Shown here: positions 30,302 to 41,500 of the stretch, piece by piece | How positions within the stretch are numbered: the stretch's first letter is position 1 | Layout of the letters: each line of letters starts with the position of its first letter | DNA from: a virus | Reading direction: 5' to 3' (one strand) | Virus record (IMG/VR): IMGVR_UViG_3300033153_002115 | Coordinates: 1 to 64,000 of that record | Length of the DNA stretch: 64,000 nt | The notes under the pieces: generated by a model | Seen by the model: the letters and a program-made list of their open reading frames with translations, nothing else | Database searches by the model: none | What the model was told of the DNA's origin: nothing | Position numbers and translations under genes: made by a program

Positions 30302-33300
30302 GAAAGAAAGGTATGTTGCAACACACTTAGATACTGATAGTGCTCCAGATAAACGGGACACTACTTCTTACTATGCTGCTTACAATTTAGAGGTTGTAAA
30401 CAACGGGAGACTATTATCTATTAATCCTACTAAAACTAAAGGGGTATTCGACTCAGGTACTGATTTCGGTGTTCTAGTAGGTGATGTTGTTATAGATAAG
30501 GTTCTTTATTTATTTGAATTTAAAAGTGGAGAACCATACCCGGATTCTATATACAGTGTAACTACAGAGGCAGTTATCGCTAAAGTTGTATCTTCTAATT
30601 ACGGATGGGATGCAGATACCCAACTAGATGTCGTAGGTAACAGAGAGAATGAAAATATTATAAAAGTGTATTGGGCTGATAGCGTAAATCAGCTTAGGGC
30701 TCTTAATGTAGTAGATGCACCATATGCTGATGGAACAATTGCAGATATAGTATTACCTGTAAGTCTTTCTAAACCAACAACAGAGACTATACAAGGTGGG
30801 AATCTAATAGCAGGTAAAGTACAATATGCTTATTCTTTATTTAATTTACATGGAGTAGAAAGCGTAATAAGTAATCTATCTCAACCTTTATCTATATCCT
30901 ATGATATGGTAGGGGGAGAAAGTGGTGAAGTTATGCCCCTATCCGCAGAAGTTACTATTGATGCAATTGACACTACTTTTGAATATATTCGTGTTTATTC
31001 TATACATTATCAAGAAGCTAATCAAATACCAAAGATTACTCTTATATATGAAACTAAAATAGCTGGAACTTCTTTAACTATTACAGATGATGGTAATTTA
31101 TTTATAAGTGAATTAAGTTACGAACAATTTGTATTTTTAGGTGGTGTGTTAATTATACCTAAAACTATAGCATCTAAAGATAACAGGTTATTTGCTGCTA
31201 ACTATAAAACTACTAATTTCGATATAGATAATACTATACCATTAGATTGTAGGGTATTTGGTTTTGGTATAGCAGTAATAGAGCATGATCAAGAACTTTG
31301 GTCGAATGAAATAGCACAGCCTTTATTACCTGTAGAAGTTATTAACACTCCCCTTATAAATAGTCCAGAAGATTATGCTTTTGCACAAAATGTACATTCT
31401 TTGGCTAATGTTTATACAAATAGAGAATATGCTATAATTTCAGGAGGAACTGCAGAGACTACTTGGGCTTTAGCCGGGGCTACTTTACCCGGTACTAGTC
31501 CTGTAACAGATCCAATAACAGGTTCAGGCGGTACAGGATTATATGTTGTTAATATAGATTTTGATGTTTATAAAAACGGAGGGACGTCTGTTACTGCATC
31601 TCTTATTGTTGAGACTTCTTTAGTGGGGGTAGTACAAGAAGTGATTACTAACAGTATAGGCGGGGTGTATTCAGTAACAACTCATGAAGATCACGATTTC
31701 GAAATCATTTTAACATTACCTTTTGACAGTATTAAAACAACTGTAACTAATAGTGATACAGCTAATTTTAATGTAACCGGTAATTCTTGGGGATACAAAC
31801 AAGTAGAATGGGAAGCTTTAAAAAGTGTCCCTATAGCTGATCCTGGTGATGTAGGTGTATGGGAAGATTACGATATAAGCGACGTAGAACATGGAGGTGT
31901 TAACACTTGAGATATCTGAGGTAATTACTACACTCCAGATACTGTACAATTCAATAGTAGCACCAAACTGGCTACATTTGTATTTTATACTAATCCCGGG
32001 GTACTTGTCCCAGGGAGTACTTACAGTGGAACTGCAGAAGTAAATACAGAAGGTATTATAGCGGATGGAGGAAGTAGAACCCATATAAATGATTCTACAG
32101 ACGTTAGAGCTAATATAGATTTAACCTCGTTACCAGGAGCTTATAAAGAATATACTGTATTAGCAGCAGCAGCTTCTGGGACAGCAGATTTTGTAATGAC
32201 AGCTTATTCTCACGCAATAAGTAGTTCTTCATTTGCTGTAGGTACAGAAGTATTAAGTATCTTTTGTGATGCAATACCTTTAACTGGATCTATACCTGCC
32301 GGCACTTACCCTAATGGGGTTAATGTAACTGCATTGACATCCAATGGTACTAAAACTCCAGTAGATAGTGCGGGTTCAGAATTAAGAGTAAAAACTATTG
32401 CAGATGTAGAAACAGTTTACGCTACTCCTGCTGACGTACCTTTAACGCATGATGCAATAAACCCTGACTACGATGTTTATAATTTACAGAGTGATGTTAG
32501 TACAGTTGGATATGAAGGGACTAACTTTGCTTTAAGTTTTTCTACTAATACTTCTGTAGATAAAAACACTAGATCATTAAAACAAGGAGAAGTGTACAGA
32601 ATCGGACTAGTATACTATGATGAGTATATGCAACGTACTCCTGCTAAATGGATGTGCGATATTAAAATACCTCGTTTTACTCCTAGTACAGCAGTATTTT
32701 TAGATTGTGAATTTACAGGTAATGCTGCTATATTCCAAGCAGAAGGTGTCGTATCTTTCCAATTAGTGATAGTTAAGAGAGAACCTAAAGATCGTTCTGT
32801 ATCAGCGCCTGGATTTATAGTACCAGGAGTTGAATATGAATGGAGCGATACTGCGGAGCCTGCCACAGGATATGTACATCCCTATTACACTTTAAAAAGA
32901 ATGATTAATTTTACTGACGGTGGAGATATTTATGAGGATTATACTATAGATTATGATTTTCCTGATCCTGCGGATGTAGTAGCTAATGCTCCTCCAACTA
33001 AACGTGATGATGTACAGTTTTTTTATTCTTCTGATACAGCTTTTATAGCAGAAGAGCTATATACAGTTACTGCTATACGAATATTAGGTACTGCTATAGG
33101 TGGAGTTCCTTTTGTTAATGGTGAAACTAAAACTACATACTTTGAAGATGGAGGAGTAGACGAACAACGTATATTTGCAGATATAGAATACCAAGGATAT
33201 GATGTAGACACTTCTAAAATGCCAGAACATTATATGGGTATTAATCCTAATGTTGATAGTGCGGGTTATATCCCGGCATTCGAAGCAGTAATGGTACATA

Positions 33301-34979
33301 AGTTTTTTAGTTTCGAAGTATGGAATGACACTACTTTAGGGGAAGAGCCTGTAAGAAGCTGTATCAGTACAATATTAAGGGCTTTAGAAAGTAATTCTAA
33401 GGATACTAAAGTATCAAATAATATACATGTTTCGGGTTTAGTTAACAAGCACGATACAGCGATGGCTAATAAGTTCAAAACTAGTTATAATGCGGGATTT
33501 ACTGATAGTGTAGCTATAACATTTACAGATCCTAATTGGCATGTTAACCCTAATAGTAGTGGGGATTATTCTATGTTTAAAGATAAAAGTGTTCTAGGAT
33601 TAACTGTACGTTTACCTATTATTGAATTACTAAGAAATCTAGTTAATCAATATGGGGGTGCAACTTATGAGGATAAGCAAAGAAACTCTTATTTATTAAA
33701 CGGTAATATTATACCCATTACAAACGGAAGTGTTAACACTCATACACTTGGTGATGTATATATAGGACCTTTAATTATAAATAGATCTGATGGACAAAAT
33801 ACACAACAAAGAGGTTTTTGGAATTTATATGAATATGTTTATATTGAAGGATTAGAGCATAACGTTGATGTGTATTCAAGGTATGATGAAATGTACAATT
33901 GGGGTCAGGGGTTGGACACTTCTACTTTATATGGTTTATATAGACTAGAAGATAACCATAAACTTCTAGGTGCTTATAATCAACAAAACGATTTAATTTT
34001 AGGTATAGCTAAACCTGCTACTTTTAGTGTAGTAGAAACTTTTAATGTTAGTATTGTAGCAAGTAAACAAAAATTCCCTAATGAGATTATAGATTCATGG
34101 ACAGACTTCCTTATTAATGATGTTATGGATTTAGATGGAATTTACGGTAGTATTACAAAGATATATAATTTCACTAATGAAATATTTGCATTTCAATCTC
34201 GTGGAGTTTCAGGTATTACTATAAACCCTAGAATACAAATACAGGCAGATGATGGAGTAGGTGTCGAACTTGGGACGGGGACTGTTTTATATAGTTACAA
34301 ATATCTTACAACAAAATCAGGTACAGAACAATTATGGTCAGTAACTGATGATGGAACTGCGGTATTTTATTATGACGATGTGGCACAAAGTATTAATGTC
34401 CATACTGGGGAAGAACTAAGCACAGTTAAAAAGATACGTAACTTAATGAAAGGTATAACACCTGGTAATACTGTTCGTAGTGTTTATGATATAGATAAAC
34501 AAGATGTGTTGTTTGTATTCGAAAGTACCTCTATTGTTTATAATAAATATATTGGAGAGTTTACAAGAATAGAAGATACTCATAATTATATCCATATATT
34601 TGATAATAAAGTATTCTCTCTTGTTAATGATAATCTAAATGAACATTATACTGGAACTGATTATAATCCAATGTATATCACTTATATGTTCGCTCCGATG
34701 CCTACCATGGATAAGGTGTTTCATAATATAGAATACCGTAAAATAGGGGATAATAACTTTAATTATATTAAAGCAGAAGATACTATTAATAGGACTGGAA
34801 TTATTAACGATCCGGTTATAAGTAATAAATTTAATATAAACAGAATTCATATACCAAGGATAGATAATGAGATAGAACGTTTTAGAGATGTAAATATTTT
34901 ATTAACTTTACAGTGTCCTCAAAGTGCAGATCTTATGTCTGTAGATGATATGGTATTAATGTATAATATAAAAGGGTAA
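30294..34979 (+). CDS. tail stabilisation/muzzle protein (about 1561 codons), interrupted by two in-frame TGA codons at 31908 and 31917
   Basis: ORFs 30294..31910 and 32196..34979 share one frame; 31920-32195 has no stop; motifs KVYWAD, GKVQYAY, KDNRLF (N part) and SLKQGEVYRIG, QYGG, IDSWT, YGSI (C part). Confidence 0.8.
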
Positions 34980-34983
34980 TACT

Positions 34984-36480
34984 ATGGCTAGATTAAAAAG
35001 AAAAAGTAAAGTTAATCCCTATTCTCTGGGAGGTATAGCAATGAGTGCCGGTGCTGGAGTCGCTGGAGGAGCTGCCGGAGGTCCAGTAGGAATGATTGCA
35101 GGTGGAGCTATAGGTTTAGCTAAAGGGATATTCGGACATGTAGCTGAAGAAAAAGCTGCAGAAGTAGCAGCAATACAAGAAAACTTAGCACAAGTAGCAG
35201 CAACACAAACTAAATTATCTAGTATGACAAGTAAAGGAGGTAAATTGCTTAATGCAGCAGGACAAGAGATAAACCCGTTTAATAAGAATGCCTATGGAGG
35301 TTTCAATAAAACCAGAGACCTTGAAGAGTATAATGTTGGAGGTTCCCATGAACAGAACCCTAACGGTGGTATCCAAGTTGGTATAGGTGAGAATGGGAAG
35401 CCTAATACTGTAGAAGAAGGTGAAGCTGCTTTTGATGATTTTGTATATTCTAATAGGATACCTTACCAAAAAACAGACACTTTACCGGGATTTGTTAAAG
35501 GGGATACTGTTGCAGATGCAGCTAAATCTATCAAGAAAGCTTTTGCCAATAGAAATGATAAGTATTCTAAAGATACAGAAAAAGAACTGTATGGGCGTCT
35601 TGCTAAATGGCAAGAACAACGTAAACAAGAAATGGATATAGGACAAAAAGAGGATACTTTACAAGGACAAAACCAATTTACTGGAGGGGGTTTTCCAGAA
35701 AGTGTATTTAACTTTGATAAAGATGCAATAGGAAATACAGCTTTTCCAGAAAATAAGTTCATCACACCTGAAGGCGTGCCAGGTATAAGAGAAAGTATGG
35801 CTGCGAATACAGCAGTAACTGAAGGAGTAACTGAAGAAGGTTCTACAAAAGATCAAACTTGGCTTGAAAGAAATAAGGATACATTACAAACCGGAGCTTT
35901 AATAGTAGGAGTAGGGTCTCAATTAGCAGGAGTGGCGTCTAATATAAGGGCGAAGAATAGACTTGAAAAATCACCGCCAGTTGTAGCAGAGACTTTAGAC
36001 CCGAATCAAATAAGTCCTCATTTAGTCAATAAAGGAGAAATTCTGACTCAAATAGGTAGAGGACAACAATCCGCTATTAATGCTTTAGGAGCCAGAGCTA
36101 GTGGAAACTTTGGGGCTTTTGCTGCAAATGTGGCTGGTATACAAGGTAAAACAGCCGAAGCTACTTCTACAGCAATGCTACAAGCAGAACAGATGGATGC
36201 CGCAGAGTTAGCTAGAGTTGAAGAATCACGAGCAGGTATTAATCAGTTCAATGCGAAAATGCGAATGGCGGCAACAGAAGCTACTGCACAAGATACTGCT
36301 GCTTATGAAGGACAAAGAGGAAGATACGAAAGAGATACAGTAAGGAATATAGGCTCTCTTGGACAGAGTTTAATTAATTACGTAACAGGTACAAAATTTG
36401 CTGAGTACGAAGGAAAAGCCGCAGAAGCAGAAGCTTTAAGTGAAGACCCTTACAGATATTCAAAAAGAAGAAATAGTTAA
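34984..36480 (+). CDS. virion cargo/ejection protein
   Basis: Gly/Ala-rich TM-like segments; GGSHEQNPNGGI...VEEGE motif. Confidence 0.7.
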   Translation: MARLKRKSKVNPYSLGGIAMSAGAGVAGGAAGGPVGMIAGGAIGLAKGIFGHVAEEKAAEVAAIQENLAQVAATQTKLSSMTSKGGKLLNAAGQEINPFNKNAYGGFNKTRDLEEYNVGGSHEQNPNGGIQVGIGENGKPNTVEEGEAAFDDFVYSNRIPYQKTDTLPGFVKGDTVADAAKSIKKAFANRNDKYSKDTEKELYGRLAKWQEQRKQEMDIGQKEDTLQGQNQFTGGGFPESVFNFDKDAIGNTAFPENKFITPEGVPGIRESMAANTAVTEGVTEEGSTKDQTWLERNKDTLQTGALIVGVGSQLAGVASNIRAKNRLEKSPPVVAETLDPNQISPHLVNKGEILTQIGRGQQSAINALGARASGNFGAFAANVAGIQGKTAEATSTAMLQAEQMDAAELARVEESRAGINQFNAKMRMAATEATAQDTAAYEGQRGRYERDTVRNIGSLGQSLINYVTGTKFAEYEGKAAEAEALSEDPYRYSKRRNS

Positions 36481-36492
36481 TATTTAAAAGAT

Positions 36493-38589
36493 ATGGGAGT
36501 AGTAAATAGATTTACACAAGCGCAAGATCCATTAGTATTCAACCCTATAAGTGTTGAGCAGTTTGCTATGGTTCCATTAGCTAAAGCTAAAGCTAAAGCT
36601 TCTGGTATACGTGCAGTTTCTAGTTTAGATATAGACTATGATGTTGATCAAAAAGACCAAGCCAGGATAAAGAACAGTGTAGATGCTGTAGATGCGGGTA
36701 AGGATAAAGTCATAAACCGTATTATGTCTGAAGGGGTTACGGATAACATGATAACAGAATTTATGGGTTTAAAACAAACCTATAAAGCTGTTAAAAATGA
36801 TGTTAAACTAGCAGAGACTAATAAAACCCGTATTGATAAGTGGAAAGCTCAAGTGATGCAGTTACATCAGAATGACCCTAAGTACATACAATATATTTAT
36901 GATAAAGAATACGAAAATAAATGGACAGGGACTTTCAGGGAAGATGGTACTTCTAATCAATTTGAAGCGGAACTTGGGCCAAGATCATTTAGCATAGTGG
37001 ATGATGCCGCACAGGCATTAAAAGGTATACCGATGACTATGAAAGATGATATTAAAGGTGGCGGTAAATTTGTTATGGAACCTGACCCTAATAATCCGGA
37101 CGGTCCAGGTTATATGACTTGGGTTACTACTGAAGGTAAAAAAGTATATGAGAACAACTCGAATGTCCTTTTAAGGATGAACGCCTATCTCAGAGAATAT
37201 AGAAATACAGAAACTCAACGAGGAGCTTACGCCGGTTATAGAGGGATAAAAGATGAGTACATAGAGAATGTATTTAATGATATGGCTCAGTCTATGTTTA
37301 GAAGCGAAGTTAGAGGAGGTGGAAGTAAAACACAAGTATTAAATAAAATAGAACCACCTGCAGAGTCTATTGTTGAACCAGGATTGACTATAAAAACTAA
37401 CATAGACCATAGTACAGAAGCTGTAGGGAAAGGACAAGAGTTGGATTATAATCCTGCAGTTCGGGCTGGAATTATGGGAATTAAGCCGGTAATTTCAACT
37501 ATAGGTTCTGCTATAGAAGCTATACTGCACCCCGGGGAGTTTATGTTTAGTTTATTTACTACTGCGCCATTAGAGAAACGTACAGAGCTTATAAGTGAAG
37601 GGTTAGAGAAAGCAGGTGAAGCGTTTAGTACAGATACAAAAGAAGTACAAAGAATTCAAAGTGTTGCAGGGCAGGTATATATAGACAAAGCTTTAAAGCA
37701 GTTAACATATGATAGGGAAAGAACTGGAAATACTTATGACTATAGAGAAGGTTTAAGTACAAAAGAGAATACGCTTATGACTAAAATCGAGGCGTTTCAA
37801 ATTAAAATAAACAATAAAAAATTTGACAATCCTCAAGAAGCTTATGCTGATTTTTATCTGGAAACTATAATGCCTTATATTGATCAAGAAGTTAAACATA
37901 AAACCCAAGAATTTACTTACTCTACTCGTAAGAGTCTGGAGAATAAAGAGATGGGTTTCAAAAATGACAATAAAGGAGAAGCTGCAGATAATGTAAAAGC
38001 CTTAACACAAAAATCTACTCATAAGATATTCTTTATGGGTAATAAAACTGTTATAGGAAACGGTAGTACTGCTGGAGAAAACCTAATAAAAGGCTTGCGT
38101 AATTTCCAACCTACTAAAGTCGGGGCTTTAAAATCAGGGGAGTATTTTACTGAGGAGATAAGTGTAGGGGGAGCTCACCCGGGTATGTATCTAAATAGAA
38201 ATGGGAAGTTTGTAGATGATATAGCTTATGGCACTATGTATGCTTTATATGAAAAGACAAGTGATGGTACTAAAACAATAGGGAATTATATGGTAAGTCC
38301 TCCTGAACATGTACGTAAGAACCCAAAATATGTAAGGAATCAGAATACAATGAGAGCGATGGGTAATATCGGAATAGAAGGAGTACCTGTACCTATGACA
38401 TGGTATAGAGGAGGACAAGCGTATAGAGTTGATATGATAAAGTCTGGAATGCCTACAAACGCAGCTAATACAGCTAACAATGAATATGGCGTAACAGGTG
38501 CTGGGGCTTTAACTTTTATATTACCTGAAACAGGGGATACATTCAAATTCGATCAATCAGATTTAGATAATCTAGAAGTAATACGATAA
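36493..38589 (+). CDS. virion cargo protein
   Basis: 698 aa; position between cargo genes. Confidence 0.6.
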   Translation: MGVVNRFTQAQDPLVFNPISVEQFAMVPLAKAKAKASGIRAVSSLDIDYDVDQKDQARIKNSVDAVDAGKDKVINRIMSEGVTDNMITEFMGLKQTYKAVKNDVKLAETNKTRIDKWKAQVMQLHQNDPKYIQYIYDKEYENKWTGTFREDGTSNQFEAELGPRSFSIVDDAAQALKGIPMTMKDDIKGGGKFVMEPDPNNPDGPGYMTWVTTEGKKVYENNSNVLLRMNAYLREYRNTETQRGAYAGYRGIKDEYIENVFNDMAQSMFRSEVRGGGSKTQVLNKIEPPAESIVEPGLTIKTNIDHSTEAVGKGQELDYNPAVRAGIMGIKPVISTIGSAIEAILHPGEFMFSLFTTAPLEKRTELISEGLEKAGEAFSTDTKEVQRIQSVAGQVYIDKALKQLTYDRERTGNTYDYREGLSTKENTLMTKIEAFQIKINNKKFDNPQEAYADFYLETIMPYIDQEVKHKTQEFTYSTRKSLENKEMGFKNDNKGEAADNVKALTQKSTHKIFFMGNKTVIGNGSTAGENLIKGLRNFQPTKVGALKSGEYFTEEISVGGAHPGMYLNRNGKFVDDIAYGTMYALYEKTSDGTKTIGNYMVSPPEHVRKNPKYVRNQNTMRAMGNIGIEGVPVPMTWYRGGQAYRVDMIKSGMPTNAANTANNEYGVTGAGALTFILPETGDTFKFDQSDLDNLEVIR

Positions 38590-38593
38590 TAAT

Positions 38594-41500
38594 ATGCCAC
38601 TATACGAAGATGGGGAAAAGATCAACTATAATAAAGATGATTATAACCCAGTAACTCAAAGAAATGAGCCTTTAAAGGCAGATCTACTTGCTGCTAAAGA
38701 AAAGGCCGCTACCAAAGTACCAGATTGGGTAGATAAAGGTACTATTGTTACAAGTGACTTAGACCCTAAGAAGAATGCTATTACATTAAGTGGTTATGGT
38801 AATCGAGGTATCGGTCCTGGTGATTTAGACGAGGACTATGATATGTATGGTGCCTTTGGTTCTTGGGATGAGATAAAAGCTAATAGAATAGCATTACAAT
38901 CAGATTGGGCGAAAGGAAGTCGTGCTGTTTTCGGCGGTTTAATGAAAGGTATAGGTACTGCGTTTAAAGACGTAGGGTTTATGTTAGATTGGAGAAGCTA
39001 TGCCAAGGTTGGTGGTCTTATGAACATGGAAGAGACTGGAGCCATTAATGATATACTTAATAATGTCGGGGATTGGATACATGAATCTGTAGATGAATAT
39101 GCTCCTATATACGAAAAGAACGATACTAAGTCTATTGTAGGACAACTTATGAAATGGGGTACTGTTAGTAGTATACTAGATAGTGCTGTTGGTTTTGCTT
39201 TACCTGGAGGTGTCGCATCTAAAGCCGGTACTTATGCTATGAAAGGTGTAGCTCTTAGTGGTAAACTTTTAAAATGGACTAATCGTCTAACAAATTTATC
39301 CAGAAGTGACGCTGTTGCTTTACGTTTGATGAGAGCAGAGAAAGCTTTTATAAATTTACAGAAAGCAGCCCCAAAAGCATCAAATATAATAAACACTGTA
39401 GGTCCTATGACTATGCAAGGTATAGGAGAAGGTATGTGGGAAGCTACTGATTCTTATAAAGAACATCTTGAATCAGTATCTGATTTAGTTTTAACAGGAG
39501 AGTTAAGTTTACAAGACGCAACTAATCAAGCTAATGATATAGCTGAAAACGTATTGCAACTAAACATGGCTAAAAGTTTCTTAAATCTACATATATTTAA
39601 TAGTGTAGCTAGGAAATTTGGTAAAGGTCTTATAAGAAGTAAACCTACATTTGGAAAGAAGTTACAAAGTATGGTAAAGGAGATGCCTTTAGAAGCAATA
39701 GAAGAAGGCGGCCAAGAGATTTTCAAGAAAGAATCAGAATTTAGAGCTATGCGTGAGTACGAAAAAACTCATAAAAATAGTCCTGTATTAGAAGAGTTAC
39801 GAAAGAAAGGTAAGTATTCTGGTAATTTACCAAATGACTTCTTTGAAAGAATGGCTAATCTAACTAGCACAAATCAAGTTTTATTAGCAGGTATTATAGG
39901 TGCTGTATCTGGGCCTATTCAACACGCACTTATGAGAGGTGTCGGCAGTAAAAAAAGATTTAAAGACCAAGTAGATGCGTATGAAAAGCAACAAGCTTTT
40001 ATTAAAAAGCGTCAAGGGGTTTTGGACGACAGTGATGAGTTTAAAAAGTTTATTGAGCAGGTAAATAAAGATAATAAAAAAACAGGAGGAGCCACATTTA
40101 AAAAGGTAAAAGCAGAACAAGATCTAGCTAAGACTGTAGATAAAACAGCTCTAACAAATAAACTGATAGAGTTGGCTGATAATATGGATAACGACGATTT
40201 ACGTGAGTTAGTGAAAAAGCAAGCTTATACAGCTCTTATACAAGAACACGTAGCTGCTGGTACTTATGAATATCTGGAAAAAGAAGCGGCTAAGTACTCT
40301 GGAACTAATCACCATATGAGTGAACTTGCAGGATATATGAAGCGCCTTAAACCTGTAATCAATAAGTCTAGGGGGTATTTAAATGAAGGTAATATATTTA
40401 ATACAGCCATGGGTATAGAGTTAAGTAAAGACTTAAAGAAAGCATATACCGGGATGTTAGAGGAAATACAGACAGATAAACTAGATAAGACTACAGAAAC
40501 TCTTGAAGAGCATGACCATCAAATACAACTTATAAATACTATTAAAAAGATAGATGAAAATATACAGACGGAACAGGAATACTTAAAGTCTATTACTTCT
40601 ATGAAGCATCAACATCTATTATCAAGAGAGTTGATATATGATAATGAAAAGAAAAAAGCACTAGAGAGTCTTGTTAATGTAAAGACAAAGTCACAACTAA
40701 ATAGAATAATAAGAGCATATCCAGAACTACGTGGGACTAAAGAATATACAAATCAAGTTAGAAATATAGAATCAGGTAAAGTTACAAAAGCACCTAAAAA
40801 GAAAATAACTGCAGCTACTAAGTCAGTAGAGCAACATGAGAAAGAAACTACACAAACTGTAGAAGAAAACATACCTGGAACAAAAGAGGGTTTAACTCAA
40901 CACGATGAAAACCAAGGACGAGTTATTAACGAAGAAGGTAAAAAGGTCAATAAAGCAGGAGTTCCTATATTAGCTATAGAAAATATAGAAGCTCATGTGA
41001 CAGGAGCTGTTACAGATGTGTCAGATAAGATATCACCAGAAGAGGTAAATGATATTACAAAGATAGTGCATAGAAAATATGAAAGAGAAGCAGACACTTT
41101 TACAAGTCCAGAAGAACAGGTGACTTTTGTAGAAAACCTTGTGAATGATATAGTGCAAGGTTACGTAGAAGGAGAACGTACTGATATACAAGAAGAACAA
41201 GAAGAAGTAAATCAAGAGGTACAAAGACTTGAAAGACGTACTGAGTTATTTGGATCTACAGATACAACACAAAAACTTCCGGAAGAGTTGTTTGAAGAAC
41301 ATATAGCACATTTACAAGAAGTAAAAGTATTTAATGATGAAGTAGATAAGTTAAAGAAAAAAACTACGCTTACTGAAGAAGAAGATGCCTTTTTAATGCA
41401 GGTACCAGAAAATGCAGACGCTACTAGTAAAGAGTTAATCGCTGAAGTGAGAGCAATAGCTGAAGCAATAGGTCATGAAAAACCTGATGGGTTTGTGAAC

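Noticed and set aside
31908-31919. Selenocysteine UxxU motif
   Set aside because: No tRNA-Sec or sel genes in the window, no clear SECIS hairpin, and no redox-fold context.
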